DNA of 64,000 nt from NCBI GenBank assembly GCA_963702205.1, contig OY969724.1, positions 1,216,001 to 1,280,000 of the forward strand, read 5' to 3'. Numbering within the stretch: the stretch's first letter is position 1; every line of letters starts with the position of its first letter. This stretch comes from an uncultured candidate division Zixibacteria bacterium. Lineage in GTDB: Bacteria > Zixibacteria > MSB-5A5 > GN15 > PGXB01. This document shows positions 1-9,476 of this stretch, piece after piece. A program made the translations under genes and the position numbers. The notes beneath the pieces were generated by a model that searched no databases, was not told the DNA's origin, and saw nothing but the letters and a program-made list of their open reading frames with translations.

Positions 1-102
1 AGAACGCGTTATTCGGATGTCGAAGCTATAATGATAACCGAAGATGGTTTTCTGATCGGTGCCTCCGACCCGCGCGGTGATGGCGCGGTCGCCGCTTATT
101 GA
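1..102 (+). CDS. ggt: gamma-glutamyltransferase, C-terminal end (truncated by window edge)
   Basis: Frame 1 reads ...EAIMITEDGFLIGASDPRGDGAVAAY*; GASDPRxDG is the typical GGT C-terminus. Confidence 0.8.
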   Translation, partial: RTRYSDVEAIMITEDGFLIGASDPRGDGAVAAY

Positions 103-106
103 GGCT

Positions 107-1327
107 TCATTCCGCAGCCGGGGCGGAAGGTTCAGTCGCCGGCATGATCGTCATCGTCTTTTTATTCAAAGCCAGATATCCCAGAACAGCCGCACCGCTT
201 CCGACGATAAATGACAGGATATACAATATCCAGCCCAATACCGCAACGGTGAAAAGAAGTGACAGGGCGATCAAACCGATTAAAAATTCCAGACCGATGG
301 GGCCTTTGTCCCGGCCGACGAGGATGAAGACCAGTCGTCCCAGGGCAATGGCCACATAGATTTTACCGATATAAAACAATATTATACCGAGCGCGAACAT
401 CATCAGCGAGACCGGAATTCCGAGAATCAGAGCGAAGAATATTATTCCGCCGATGGCGATGACGGCATGAGTTAAAATTCCGACCGCGAAAGCCATGCCC
501 GGAGCTTTGAGCACCTGTTCGGAGGCGGCCTGAGTGTGCCTCTTGAACAGCAGTATCAGGACATAGCCCGTAACCAGAGTCACCAGGAACAATAAAATGC
601 GAATTATGGATGGCAGGCCCGACGGTATTTTGATGTGTTTTCCCTTTTCGGGCCTGGTCCAGTTGGTTTTGCCGCCAATGAAAACGTTGTCCCCGAGGAT
701 GGCTTCGTTTTTGCATTCGTAATCGAAATCACCGGCTATATGGGCCCTGTCGTTAATTTGTATGTCGTCGGCCTGAACCTTGAGGTTGCCGCCAATTTGC
801 CCCGATATAATAACCACGCTGCCGGCTATTTCGACGTCGCCGTCGCACTGACCGGAAATCGTAATCCGTTCACCGGCGCAGGTAACATCGCGTCCGACAA
901 CGGAGCCGCTTCGTATATTGAGATCCTTTCCGACGGCCAGTATGTTGCCGTCAATTTTGCCCGTAATCTGAATATCCTCGCAAACGGCCCGGAGAGATTT
1001 AGTGATGGTACCTTCGACGTCGGCCTGATTGGACAGGATGTTGAGGTTGCCGTCGATGTCTCCGTCGAGGAAGAAATTCTGGGCCAGGGCGCTGACGTCA
1101 CCGTTGACCCGCCCCATGATTTCGGCGTCGGTTTGAAGGATATAAATATCATCGCTGACGACTTCTTCGCGATCGACGGCTATTTCACTGCCGGACCAGA
1201 AAATCGAAGACAGGGCGGACTGCGGCAAAGCCTGCATCATCGCGAGAAGGGCGATGATTGTCAGGCCCCTGAAAAATGTCGATTTACAACCATTCATTTG
1301 CTTACTAATACGATTGGCCCTTACCAT
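107..1327 (-). CDS. polymer-forming cytoskeletal (bactofilin-like beta-helix) repeat membrane protein
   Basis: Signal-like N-terminus, repeated GxIxGN/GD units, C-terminal multi-TM region. Confidence 0.7.
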   Translation of the reverse strand: MVRANRISKQMNGCKSTFFRGLTIIALLAMMQALPQSALSSIFWSGSEIAVDREEVVSDDIYILQTDAEIMGRVNGDVSALAQNFFLDGDIDGNLNILSNQADVEGTITKSLRAVCEDIQITGKIDGNILAVGKDLNIRSGSVVGRDVTCAGERITISGQCDGDVEIAGSVVIISGQIGGNLKVQADDIQINDRAHIAGDFDYECKNEAILGDNVFIGGKTNWTRPEKGKHIKIPSGLPSIIRILLFLVTLVTGYVLILLFKRHTQAASEQVLKAPGMAFAVGILTHAVIAIGGIIFFALILGIPVSLMMFALGIILFYIGKIYVAIALGRLVFILVGRDKGPIGLEFLIGLIALSLLFTVAVLGWILYILSFIVGSGAAVLGYLALNKKTMTIMPATEPSAPAAE

Positions 1328-1421
1328 TGTTGCCGCACCCGAACGGATAAAGTATATTGCCGGTGCCTAAACGCAGACGTATAATGTATATCAGACGCAT
1401 AATTGGCAATATAATTTTGCT

Positions 1422-3176
1422 ATGAATATTCTCGAACTACTATTACTGGCGATCATTTTTTTTATTCTTGCGTACCGTTTCTATGCCCGTTTTCTGGCCC
1501 GCCAAATGGGCGAAAAGCCCGACCGCCCGACTCCCGCGGTAGATAAAAACGACGGTAAGGACTTTGTGCCGACGTCGGCCCCGGTTCTGTTCGCTCATCA
1601 CTATTCGACTATCGCCGGAGCGGGGCCGATAATCGGACCCACGCTGGGGATATTATACGGCGTTGGTCCGGCCTGGCTGTGGATAGTTTTCGGGGGGATC
1701 TTTTTTGGGGCGGTGCATGATTATTCGACGTTGTTCGCCTCGATTCGCGAGGGCGGACAATCCATCGCTGAGATAGCCCGCAAGGCTCTGGGTGATTCCG
1801 GGTTTTTGCTGTTTATAGCGTTTACCGGGATCATGCTGATTCTGGTCACGTCGGCGTTTTTATCGCTGACGGCCGTATCGCTGACTTCAATCTGGCCGAT
1901 CGACAAACTCGGGCTGGACGCCGGGCAAACCCTGCTTCGAACCCGTATGGTGAACGGGCACGAGATGGGAGTGATCGGCGGAATCGCGTCGACGTCGGTG
2001 ATAATAATCACGCTTTGCGCGCCGCTGCTGGGTTTCCTGATTTTCAAGAAGCATATCAATACGATACTATCATTCGTCCTTGCTATCGCCGTGTGTATCG
2101 TCTCGGTATTCGTCGGCTTCGGCTGGCCGGTTTCGATGTCCAGCCTGGCGTGGATGATTATTATTTCAGTCTATGTATTTATCGCCGCCGGGCTGCCGGT
2201 CTGGACTATTTTGCAGCCGCGCGATTTTATAAACGTGCAGATTCTGTATTTCGGTCTGCTGTCGATGGCCGTGTCGGTCATTGTCGCCGGATTCGGAGGG
2301 CTGAGCGCGGCCAATATGCCGACTTTCAATCTGGCCGAGGGCCGGGCTCAAATGGGACCGGTCTGGCCGATTCTTTTTATAATAATCGCTTGTGGAGCGA
2401 TTTCCGGATTTCACGCCTTGGTCGCGGGGGGAACCACGTCCAAGCAGTTGGCCAAAGAAGTGCAGGCCAGGACAATTGGATACGGAGCCATGATTCTCGA
2501 ATCGGCCCTGGCGGTGCTGGTCGTGATCGCAATTGCCTCGTCTCTGAAGTATGCCGACTATATGGCAATCGCGTGGCCGTCGGGCGGCAGCGGCAATCCG
2601 ATTCTGGCTTATGCCCTTGCGGTAGGGCATCTGGTTCATACGGCGCTGGGTATTCCGGTGGCGTTCGGGTCGATTGTGGGCATTCTCATGGTTGAGGGCT
2701 TCGTCGTTACGACTCTGGATTCTGCGGTACGATTGAACAGGTATATTTTCGAAGAGCTATGGAAGCGGGTTTTCAAGTCTGTGCCGGTGCTGTTTCAGAA
2801 ATTCTGGTTCAATTCCGGACTGGCGGTAGTTCTTATGTTCGCTTTGGCTGTTAGCAACGGCTATAAATTAATCTGGCCGGTTTTTGGTGCGAGCAATCAG
2901 CTTCTGGCGGCGTTAAGTCTTTTGGCCGTATCGGCCTGGTTGAATTTGCGCGGACGGGCCAGCTGGTTTACGATGGTTCCGGCCGTGTTTATGCTTCTGA
3001 CCACGATAGCCGCGCTGGTTTATTATCTGGTGGTTGCATATATTCCCGGCGGGAACGTTGTCCTTGTCGTAACCGATTTAATCTTATTGGTTTTGGCCTT
3101 TGGAGTAGTCGGTCAGACGCTCCGCAAAACATTTTCGTCGCGGAAAGCACAAAAATCTGCCGCAATTTCCGCCTAA
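1422..3176 (+). CDS. cstA: carbon starvation protein A family transporter
   Basis: DGKDFVPT, HHYSTIAGAGPIIGP, IACGAISGFHAL and WPVFGASNQLLA motifs; polytopic. Confidence 0.93.
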   Translation: MNILELLLLAIIFFILAYRFYARFLARQMGEKPDRPTPAVDKNDGKDFVPTSAPVLFAHHYSTIAGAGPIIGPTLGILYGVGPAWLWIVFGGIFFGAVHDYSTLFASIREGGQSIAEIARKALGDSGFLLFIAFTGIMLILVTSAFLSLTAVSLTSIWPIDKLGLDAGQTLLRTRMVNGHEMGVIGGIASTSVIIITLCAPLLGFLIFKKHINTILSFVLAIAVCIVSVFVGFGWPVSMSSLAWMIIISVYVFIAAGLPVWTILQPRDFINVQILYFGLLSMAVSVIVAGFGGLSAANMPTFNLAEGRAQMGPVWPILFIIIACGAISGFHALVAGGTTSKQLAKEVQARTIGYGAMILESALAVLVVIAIASSLKYADYMAIAWPSGGSGNPILAYALAVGHLVHTALGIPVAFGSIVGILMVEGFVVTTLDSAVRLNRYIFEELWKRVFKSVPVLFQKFWFNSGLAVVLMFALAVSNGYKLIWPVFGASNQLLAALSLLAVSAWLNLRGRASWFTMVPAVFMLLTTIAALVYYLVVAYIPGGNVVLVVTDLILLVLAFGVVGQTLRKTFSSRKAQKSAAISA

Positions 3177-3257
3177 TTGCTTATCCGACAATAAATAAAA
3201 TCATCACGGTGCCGATATTTCCAATAAGCGGGCAGCTATGTCCGCCATAGGACAATT

Positions 3258-4823
3258 ATGCAGATATTTCATGACAAAGGAAGAACCCTCCTTCCCAGGG
3301 TGGATACCATCTTCTTGTTGTCGCGCCTGATGATTTTGTTCGGCGCGGGCTGGGCCTATTTCTATGGCCGTCTCAATTTCGCCAGTGAATTGATATTGTG
3401 GACGCTTTCGGGCGCATTTCTATTGCAGCTACTTATTTTCGCCATCGTAATGCGCGACCGTAATAATGACCTGAAAAAAGCTTATTTGTTCATGATAATT
3501 TTCGACCTGGTCTTTACCACGGTCCTGATAAATTTATCCGGCGGCATTCATTCCGGATTCTATCTTTTCTATTACCTGACCATCGCTTTTACCAGTTACA
3601 TTCTGGCGTTCTGGGCGTCGCTGACTCTGGTAGGCATAGCCTCGGTGACTTATATAATCTTCTGTATGCCGGGCTTTACTCCGGGGGCCATTCCCGATTT
3701 GATTTTGAGAGTCGGCATGATGTGGTTTTTCGTGCTGGCGATCGGGTTCGTCTCCGATTATATCCGTCGTTCGGAACAAAGGCTGCTGAACCTTTTCAAT
3801 ACCCTGAACCAGCGCACGACTGAGCTCGAAAAATCGCAGGCACATTTGGAAATGATCTATGAAAATCTCAGGGTGCTGGGTTCGATACTCGAGATCGACG
3901 GTATCATTGAAGAAGTCATGCGTATCATGGGTGAGATACTGGCCTATCCCGCCAGCGCTTTGCTTCTGATCGGTCCCGGCAACAATTTGATTTACCGTGG
4001 CCGGAATATCGCGGGGCAGTCCAATTTCCATTTAAAGGCGATGGACAAAGATAAAAACAAACTGCTGCAGCTGGTCTTCGAGCAGGGTGAAGCGGTGCGC
4101 GTGGTTGATATTTCCAAGCGCGACGATTATAACCCGCTGCGCAAGACCACCCGGTCGGTCATGCTGGTCCCGATGATTTCCCACGGCGAGGCCAAAGGCG
4201 TGCTGATTGCCGAATCTCCCGACCCGGACGCCTTCTCCACGAAAGACGAAAAATCAATGGTCGTAGTTTCGCGCTCGGCCGCTATGGCGCTGGATAACGC
4301 CATGCTCCACAAGAAAATGGAAGAACTGACCATAACCGATGAACTGACCGGAATATACAATTACCGATACTTCACGCAGAAGCTGAAAGAAGAACAAAGA
4401 CGTGCCTCCCGCTATGATTTGCCGCTGTCGCTGATTATGATCGATATTGACTGGTTCAAGAAATTTAATGATACTTATGGACACCAGGTCGGTAATATAG
4501 TATTGAAAGGTATGACCTCGGTGGTTAAACAGTGTATCAGGGATGTTGATATTTTTGCCAGGTACGGCGGCGAAGAATTTTCCATTATCCTGCCGCAGAC
4601 GCCGAAAATCGAAGCGGTTCGCATCGGCGAAAGGATTCGCGAATCGGTCGAAGCGGCGACGTTCGGCGGCATCAATGACGTTCCCGAACTAAAAGTCACC
4701 GTATCGGTGGGCGCCTCCTCGTTCCCCGAAAACGGGAAACCGTACGATGAACTCCTGTCCCTGACCGACCAGGCCCTGTACCGGGCCAAAGGCGCCGGGA
4801 AAAACCTGGTGTGTGTGATATAG
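3258..4823 (+). CDS. membrane sensor GAF-GGDEF diguanylate cyclase
   Basis: N-terminal TMs, coiled coil, GAF-like region, DELTG, DIDWFK, RYGGEEF; RxxD I-site (RDVD). Confidence 0.92.
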   Translation: MQIFHDKGRTLLPRVDTIFLLSRLMILFGAGWAYFYGRLNFASELILWTLSGAFLLQLLIFAIVMRDRNNDLKKAYLFMIIFDLVFTTVLINLSGGIHSGFYLFYYLTIAFTSYILAFWASLTLVGIASVTYIIFCMPGFTPGAIPDLILRVGMMWFFVLAIGFVSDYIRRSEQRLLNLFNTLNQRTTELEKSQAHLEMIYENLRVLGSILEIDGIIEEVMRIMGEILAYPASALLLIGPGNNLIYRGRNIAGQSNFHLKAMDKDKNKLLQLVFEQGEAVRVVDISKRDDYNPLRKTTRSVMLVPMISHGEAKGVLIAESPDPDAFSTKDEKSMVVVSRSAAMALDNAMLHKKMEELTITDELTGIYNYRYFTQKLKEEQRRASRYDLPLSLIMIDIDWFKKFNDTYGHQVGNIVLKGMTSVVKQCIRDVDIFARYGGEEFSIILPQTPKIEAVRIGERIRESVEAATFGGINDVPELKVTVSVGASSFPENGKPYDELLSLTDQALYRAKGAGKNLVCVI

Positions 4824-4824
4824 T

Positions 4825-5805
4825 ATGATAGACAAAATCGGACAAATATTTATAGTCGGCTACAAGGGTATCGATCCCTCGGATGGCTTCAGGCGGTTTT
4901 TCAGCCGCGAACAACTGGGCGGTGTTATCCTTTTCGAAGACAACGCCAACCCGCATTATCACGCCGAGAAAAATATTAAAGATTTCATCGCCGAGTCGAA
5001 TGTCGTTCCGTTTTTCGCGGTCGATCAGGAAGGCGGACGGGTCTGCCGTTTTCGCGGAGCCCCGGCTGAGTTCGAGTCACCGTCGAAGTACGCCGAAACC
5101 AACAATATCGAGCTTTATACCGAGCAGTTCGGCCGGGCGGCGTACTATCTTCAGTCGCTCGGAATAAATCTGCTTCTGGGCCCGGTGGCCGATCTCAATC
5201 TCGACGACCAAAACCCCTGCCTGCAGGGGAGGACATTCGGCAAGAGTCCGGCCAAAGCGATTCCGTTCATAGAACGGACCATAAAGATCGCTCACAATTA
5301 CAGCCTGCTGACCTGCGCCAAACATTTTCCGGGATTGGGGGCGTCGGTTATCGATCCGCATCACGAACTGGCCCGGGCCGATTATGACTTTCAGACGTTC
5401 ATCAACCGCGAGGGTATCACCTTCCAGGCGGCAATCGAGGCCGGGTGCGATATGGTCATGACGACACATTTGACTTTGCCCCAACTCGACAAGGAACCGG
5501 CGACGACGTCGAAAGCCGTTGTCGGCAATATGCTGCGCGGAACACTCAAATTCGACGGCATCGCCATCACGGACGACCTTCTGATGGAGGGAGCCCGGGT
5601 AATGGGTGATTACAGCGAACGGGCGCTCAAAGCTTTCAATGCCGGGCACGATATATTATTGTTCGGACAGAATTTCCGTGTAGCTGAAGAGGTAGTAAAA
5701 TATTTCAAGAAGGCCTATAAGAAAGGTCTTTTGAACGAAGAACGGTTGACCAATTCATTGGAAAGAATCTCCGGTATCAAATCCAAGCTGACGGTACCGG
5801 CGTGA
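4825..5805 (+). CDS. nagZ: beta-N-acetylhexosaminidase (GH3)
   Basis: VDQEGGRV, KHFPGxGxxxxDPH and ITDDLxM motifs; next to anmK. Confidence 0.85.
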   Translation: MIDKIGQIFIVGYKGIDPSDGFRRFFSREQLGGVILFEDNANPHYHAEKNIKDFIAESNVVPFFAVDQEGGRVCRFRGAPAEFESPSKYAETNNIELYTEQFGRAAYYLQSLGINLLLGPVADLNLDDQNPCLQGRTFGKSPAKAIPFIERTIKIAHNYSLLTCAKHFPGLGASVIDPHHELARADYDFQTFINREGITFQAAIEAGCDMVMTTHLTLPQLDKEPATTSKAVVGNMLRGTLKFDGIAITDDLLMEGARVMGDYSERALKAFNAGHDILLFGQNFRVAEEVVKYFKKAYKKGLLNEERLTNSLERISGIKSKLTVPA

Positions 5806-5812
5806 CAAGGTC

Positions 5813-7000
5813 ATGATTCAGAAGCCTTTAAACAAAAAAAGTCTGGTTGTCATTGGAATCAATTCGGGGACGTCGGCCGACAGTCTCGACCTGTCCGCTG
5901 TAAAAATCACAAATAAGAAACCTGTTCTCTCCGTTAAATTCATTCAGGGTAAAACCGTAGCGTATCGCCGTACGTTATCCGACAGATTACAATGGGCGGT
6001 GGTTGATCGTTCTCTCAAGCTCGAAGAGGCCATGCTGCTCGACCGGGAGTTGGGTGATTTAATCGGGCGCGAAGCGGCGAAATTCGCGACTGCGTTGAAA
6101 AAGAATAAAATCGTACCGCACCTGGTCGCGTCGCACGGTCAAACCCTGCGGCATCTTCCGGGGCGTATTAAAATCTCCGGTAAACCGGCTCACGCCACCA
6201 TGCAGATTGGCCATGCGGAGAGCATCGCCGCGCGCAGCGGACTTTGCACCGTGGCCGATTTCCGCCAGGCCGACATCGCAGTCGGCGGTGAAGGCGCGCC
6301 GATTACGTCGGTAGCGATGTGGCATTTGTTTTCGGACAAAAAGCGTGACCGGCTACTTTTGAATATCGGCGGCATCGCCAATTATTTTTTCATCCCCGCC
6401 GGAGCGGGACCGGACAAAATGATCGCCCGCGATTGCGGTCCGGGCAACAGCCTGATAGACCTTCTGGCACGCAAATATTTCGACCGTCCCTACGATTCCC
6501 AGGGCCGTCTGGCGTCCCGAGGCAGGGTTTCGCAGAGGCTTCTGACAATTCTCCTGGCCGATGACTTTCTCAAAGGCAAATTCGGGCCGTCGACCGGCCG
6601 TGAACGATTCGGAGGAAAATTCGTCGATAAAATTGTCCGGTGGTCATCGAAACTCAAACTCAGCAAGTATGATATTATGGCGACCACGGCCGAGCTGACG
6701 GCGGTTACGATTGTCGATCATATCCGTCGGTTAGGCGGAAAGCATAAACCGGATGTACTGTACCTGTTCGGCGGCGGCGCCAGAAACAGGTTTATCGTGG
6801 AAGGTTTGAAACAGGGTTTGCCGGGAATAAAGATCGACACGGTCAAAAAACTGGGGTGCGATCCCGATTTCGTGGAAGCGGTTTGCTACGCTATAATGGG
6901 AGCGATGACTATCCGGGGAAAAACGGGAAATGCTCCCGGCGTGACGGGTGCATGGAAAAAAGTTGTGTGCGGGAAAATTATAAATATCTTCGGGGAATAA
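5813..7000 (+). CDS. anmK: anhydro-N-acetylmuramic acid kinase
   Basis: GINSGTSAD, SHGQT, DFRQADIAVGGEGAP, NIGGIAN, DCGPGN and STGRE motifs. Confidence 0.95.
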   Translation: MIQKPLNKKSLVVIGINSGTSADSLDLSAVKITNKKPVLSVKFIQGKTVAYRRTLSDRLQWAVVDRSLKLEEAMLLDRELGDLIGREAAKFATALKKNKIVPHLVASHGQTLRHLPGRIKISGKPAHATMQIGHAESIAARSGLCTVADFRQADIAVGGEGAPITSVAMWHLFSDKKRDRLLLNIGGIANYFFIPAGAGPDKMIARDCGPGNSLIDLLARKYFDRPYDSQGRLASRGRVSQRLLTILLADDFLKGKFGPSTGRERFGGKFVDKIVRWSSKLKLSKYDIMATTAELTAVTIVDHIRRLGGKHKPDVLYLFGGGARNRFIVEGLKQGLPGIKIDTVKKLGCDPDFVEAVCYAIMGAMTIRGKTGNAPGVTGAWKKVVCGKIINIFGE

Positions 7001-7006
7001 GACACT

Positions 7007-8287
7007 ATGGAGTTTACGATGTCATCTTTATGGGATAAAGTCATACGGCACATTGCACATTATGGGACAATTGTCCTGATCATACTGCTTGTCTGGGGGT
7101 GCGCCGCGGTGCCGACGTTGAAGGAAGGATCGGAAGGGTCTTACCTACGGCTGCCGTTTGTCCGTGTCCTGTTGCAGAATACATCGAGTGATATAGTCGT
7201 TTCCAGCAAGGGATCGTTTTCGATCGAGTGCATGAAAGGCGGCAAAAGTTTCGTCTATTATTCCTCGCAACCGGCCGAGTTCAGTCAGTCCCGCGACGGT
7301 ATAGTGATAAGAATGGGCGGCACTCCGCTGGGTGACAGGTACGATGAAATCCTGCTGACGCCTCGCACGGGGCACAACTACCTCAAAGCATTCAACCAGA
7401 GATTCCGCGGCATGATGCGCATATTGCCCTACGGCAGCAATCTCAGACTGATAAACGTCGTGCACGTCGACGATTATCTCAAGGGGGTGGTTCCTTTGGA
7501 AATCGGATTCATCGGCGAGCCGGAACTGGAGGCGATCAAAGCTCAGGCGGTGGCGGCGCGCACGTATTCGATATCGCACCTGGAGCAGTACCCGAAAGAG
7601 CCGTACGATCTCAACGCCGACGTCAGCGATCAGGTGTATCGCGGCGTGGACGTGGAAAATACCCTGGTTAATAAAGCCGTCGACGACACACGCGGGCTCG
7701 TCATGAAATTCCACGACGAACTTATCAACGCCTATTATTTTTCAACTTGCGGCGGTACAACCGACGATATCGACGAGGTCTGGGACCGTAAGTCGGAGCC
7801 GTACCTGCGAGCCGTCCCGGACAGCGGCTTCTGCGACTGGTCAAAATATTCCGACTGGAGAGAATCGTACAGTGTCAAACAGATCATCCTGCGGCTTCAG
7901 GAGTATCTGTCGGCCGAACGCGGCAAGGTTATCCGCATCGGTCGTATCGACGATATGGAAATCACCGGTTATACAGCGGGGGGCCGGGTGGCCGATCTTA
8001 CCGTCACAACCGACATGGGGACCTTTAATTTCGGCAAAGATAAAATCCGCTGGGTGTTCACGCGCTCGTCGAATCCCGAGATGATTCTTCAATCGGCGAA
8101 ATTCAATCTCGAAAAGCAGACCGATTCGCACGGTCTTCTGACCCGGGTCGATTTTGTCGGTCATGGGTACGGTCACGGGGTCGGTATGTGCCAGACCGGG
8201 GCGATCGGGATGTCGCGTGCGGGGCGGAAATACGATACGATTCTTAAGCACTATTATTCGCATATCAACCTGGCCCAGCTCTATTGA
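7007..8287 (+). CDS. SpoIID/LytB domain lipoprotein (peptidoglycan lytic transglycosylase)
   Basis: YLKGVVPLE, AQAVAARTY, DQVY and GHGYGHGVGMCQ motifs; lipobox-like VWGC. Confidence 0.9.
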   Translation: MEFTMSSLWDKVIRHIAHYGTIVLIILLVWGCAAVPTLKEGSEGSYLRLPFVRVLLQNTSSDIVVSSKGSFSIECMKGGKSFVYYSSQPAEFSQSRDGIVIRMGGTPLGDRYDEILLTPRTGHNYLKAFNQRFRGMMRILPYGSNLRLINVVHVDDYLKGVVPLEIGFIGEPELEAIKAQAVAARTYSISHLEQYPKEPYDLNADVSDQVYRGVDVENTLVNKAVDDTRGLVMKFHDELINAYYFSTCGGTTDDIDEVWDRKSEPYLRAVPDSGFCDWSKYSDWRESYSVKQIILRLQEYLSAERGKVIRIGRIDDMEITGYTAGGRVADLTVTTDMGTFNFGKDKIRWVFTRSSNPEMILQSAKFNLEKQTDSHGLLTRVDFVGHGYGHGVGMCQTGAIGMSRAGRKYDTILKHYYSHINLAQLY

Positions 8288-8340
8288 TTTTTATTTCATA
8301 AGATATTTGCAATGTTTTCGTTCCCGATTATATTCGGGCT

Positions 8341-9462
8341 ATGTCTCTTGCTGCTTTCGGCAAAGCCGTCATATTGAACTCGCGGCAGTCACTTTACCCG
8401 TGCGGAGGTGACCCGTGGCTTGTCGCATCGAAAAACGCTCTCGATGATATTTTAGCGAATAACCTGGCTTTGCTGACTTCGGTGGGGACTCCGGCGTGGG
8501 AAATAGTCCTGCATTTGGCTTCTTTAAAAAAGATTCCTTTGACCATTATCGTGCCGCGCCAGTCCGGTGAAAATATTGACAAGACCATAATGCAATATCG
8601 CAGTGAATTTCGGCTGAATCATGATAACGTGCAATGGATTGAAATTGAAATGCAGCGCGGTTCAAGAGGCCGCGCCGGTTTTCAGAGTGAGCGCGATCAT
8701 CAGATTATGGATATGGCCGACGTTATCTATCCGGTGTCGGTCCGACCCGGAGGAAATCTGGAGAAAATATTATCGGACCAAATCGGCTGGGGGAAAGCAG
8801 TCAACCGGATATGCGAGGTCGGCTGGGGAACTTCCGGAATAAAAAAGCCGGGAAATATTAATCCCAACGAGCTTGTTACCAATATCGATGCTTTCTTTGA
8901 AAATTATATCATTCACTGGACACGGGCAGTGCATGCCCCGTGGCCGGGTGAAAATAAGCACGATTATTATAGTGCCATAGTACAATCGGACAAAGAGTAT
9001 CCCCGGTCGGCGCTGCATACTTTGACAAGAATACTTTGCGAGAGTCTATTGCGGTCATCGCCGAGACATATGCCGGCGGGCGTTGCGGCGGCTTCTTTTT
9101 CATCGCTGCCGCCGTCGCGGGCAGTGAGCCTTATGCGCTGGCGGGCACGTTACCGTGAGATGAGCCTTGAACCGTACGGTCTTGCCATAAAGCAAGCCGC
9201 GGCCGAACGGGCCGGTATAAAGAAAGCGATCTACGGCAACCGGGAGATGATCGTCTACTTAACTAAAGAAGAAAAACCGTATTTCCAAAGCCTCGGGACT
9301 ATCGGTGACTGGGAAAAAGAGAGGGAATACAGGTATTTGGGCGACCTGGATCTTCGCCGGTTTTCAGAATCAGAAATTAAAGTTATCGTGAAATATCCTT
9401 CGGAAATAGGAAAAGCCGGAACTGCGTTTGGCGGAGAGATAATTTCGTTATTGAAGGATTAA
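8341..9462 (+). CDS. hypothetical protein; possible SLOG-like N-domain + AbiGi/DUF2971-like (ART-fold) C-domain
   Basis: 373-aa ORF with HWT, ASFSS, PYGLAI and EKEREYR motifs; domain calls by eye. Confidence 0.5.
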   Translation: MSLAAFGKAVILNSRQSLYPCGGDPWLVASKNALDDILANNLALLTSVGTPAWEIVLHLASLKKIPLTIIVPRQSGENIDKTIMQYRSEFRLNHDNVQWIEIEMQRGSRGRAGFQSERDHQIMDMADVIYPVSVRPGGNLEKILSDQIGWGKAVNRICEVGWGTSGIKKPGNINPNELVTNIDAFFENYIIHWTRAVHAPWPGENKHDYYSAIVQSDKEYPRSALHTLTRILCESLLRSSPRHMPAGVAAASFSSLPPSRAVSLMRWRARYREMSLEPYGLAIKQAAAERAGIKKAIYGNREMIVYLTKEEKPYFQSLGTIGDWEKEREYRYLGDLDLRRFSESEIKVIVKYPSEIGKAGTAFGGEIISLLKD

Positions 9463-9476
9463 AAGATTAAAACGGT

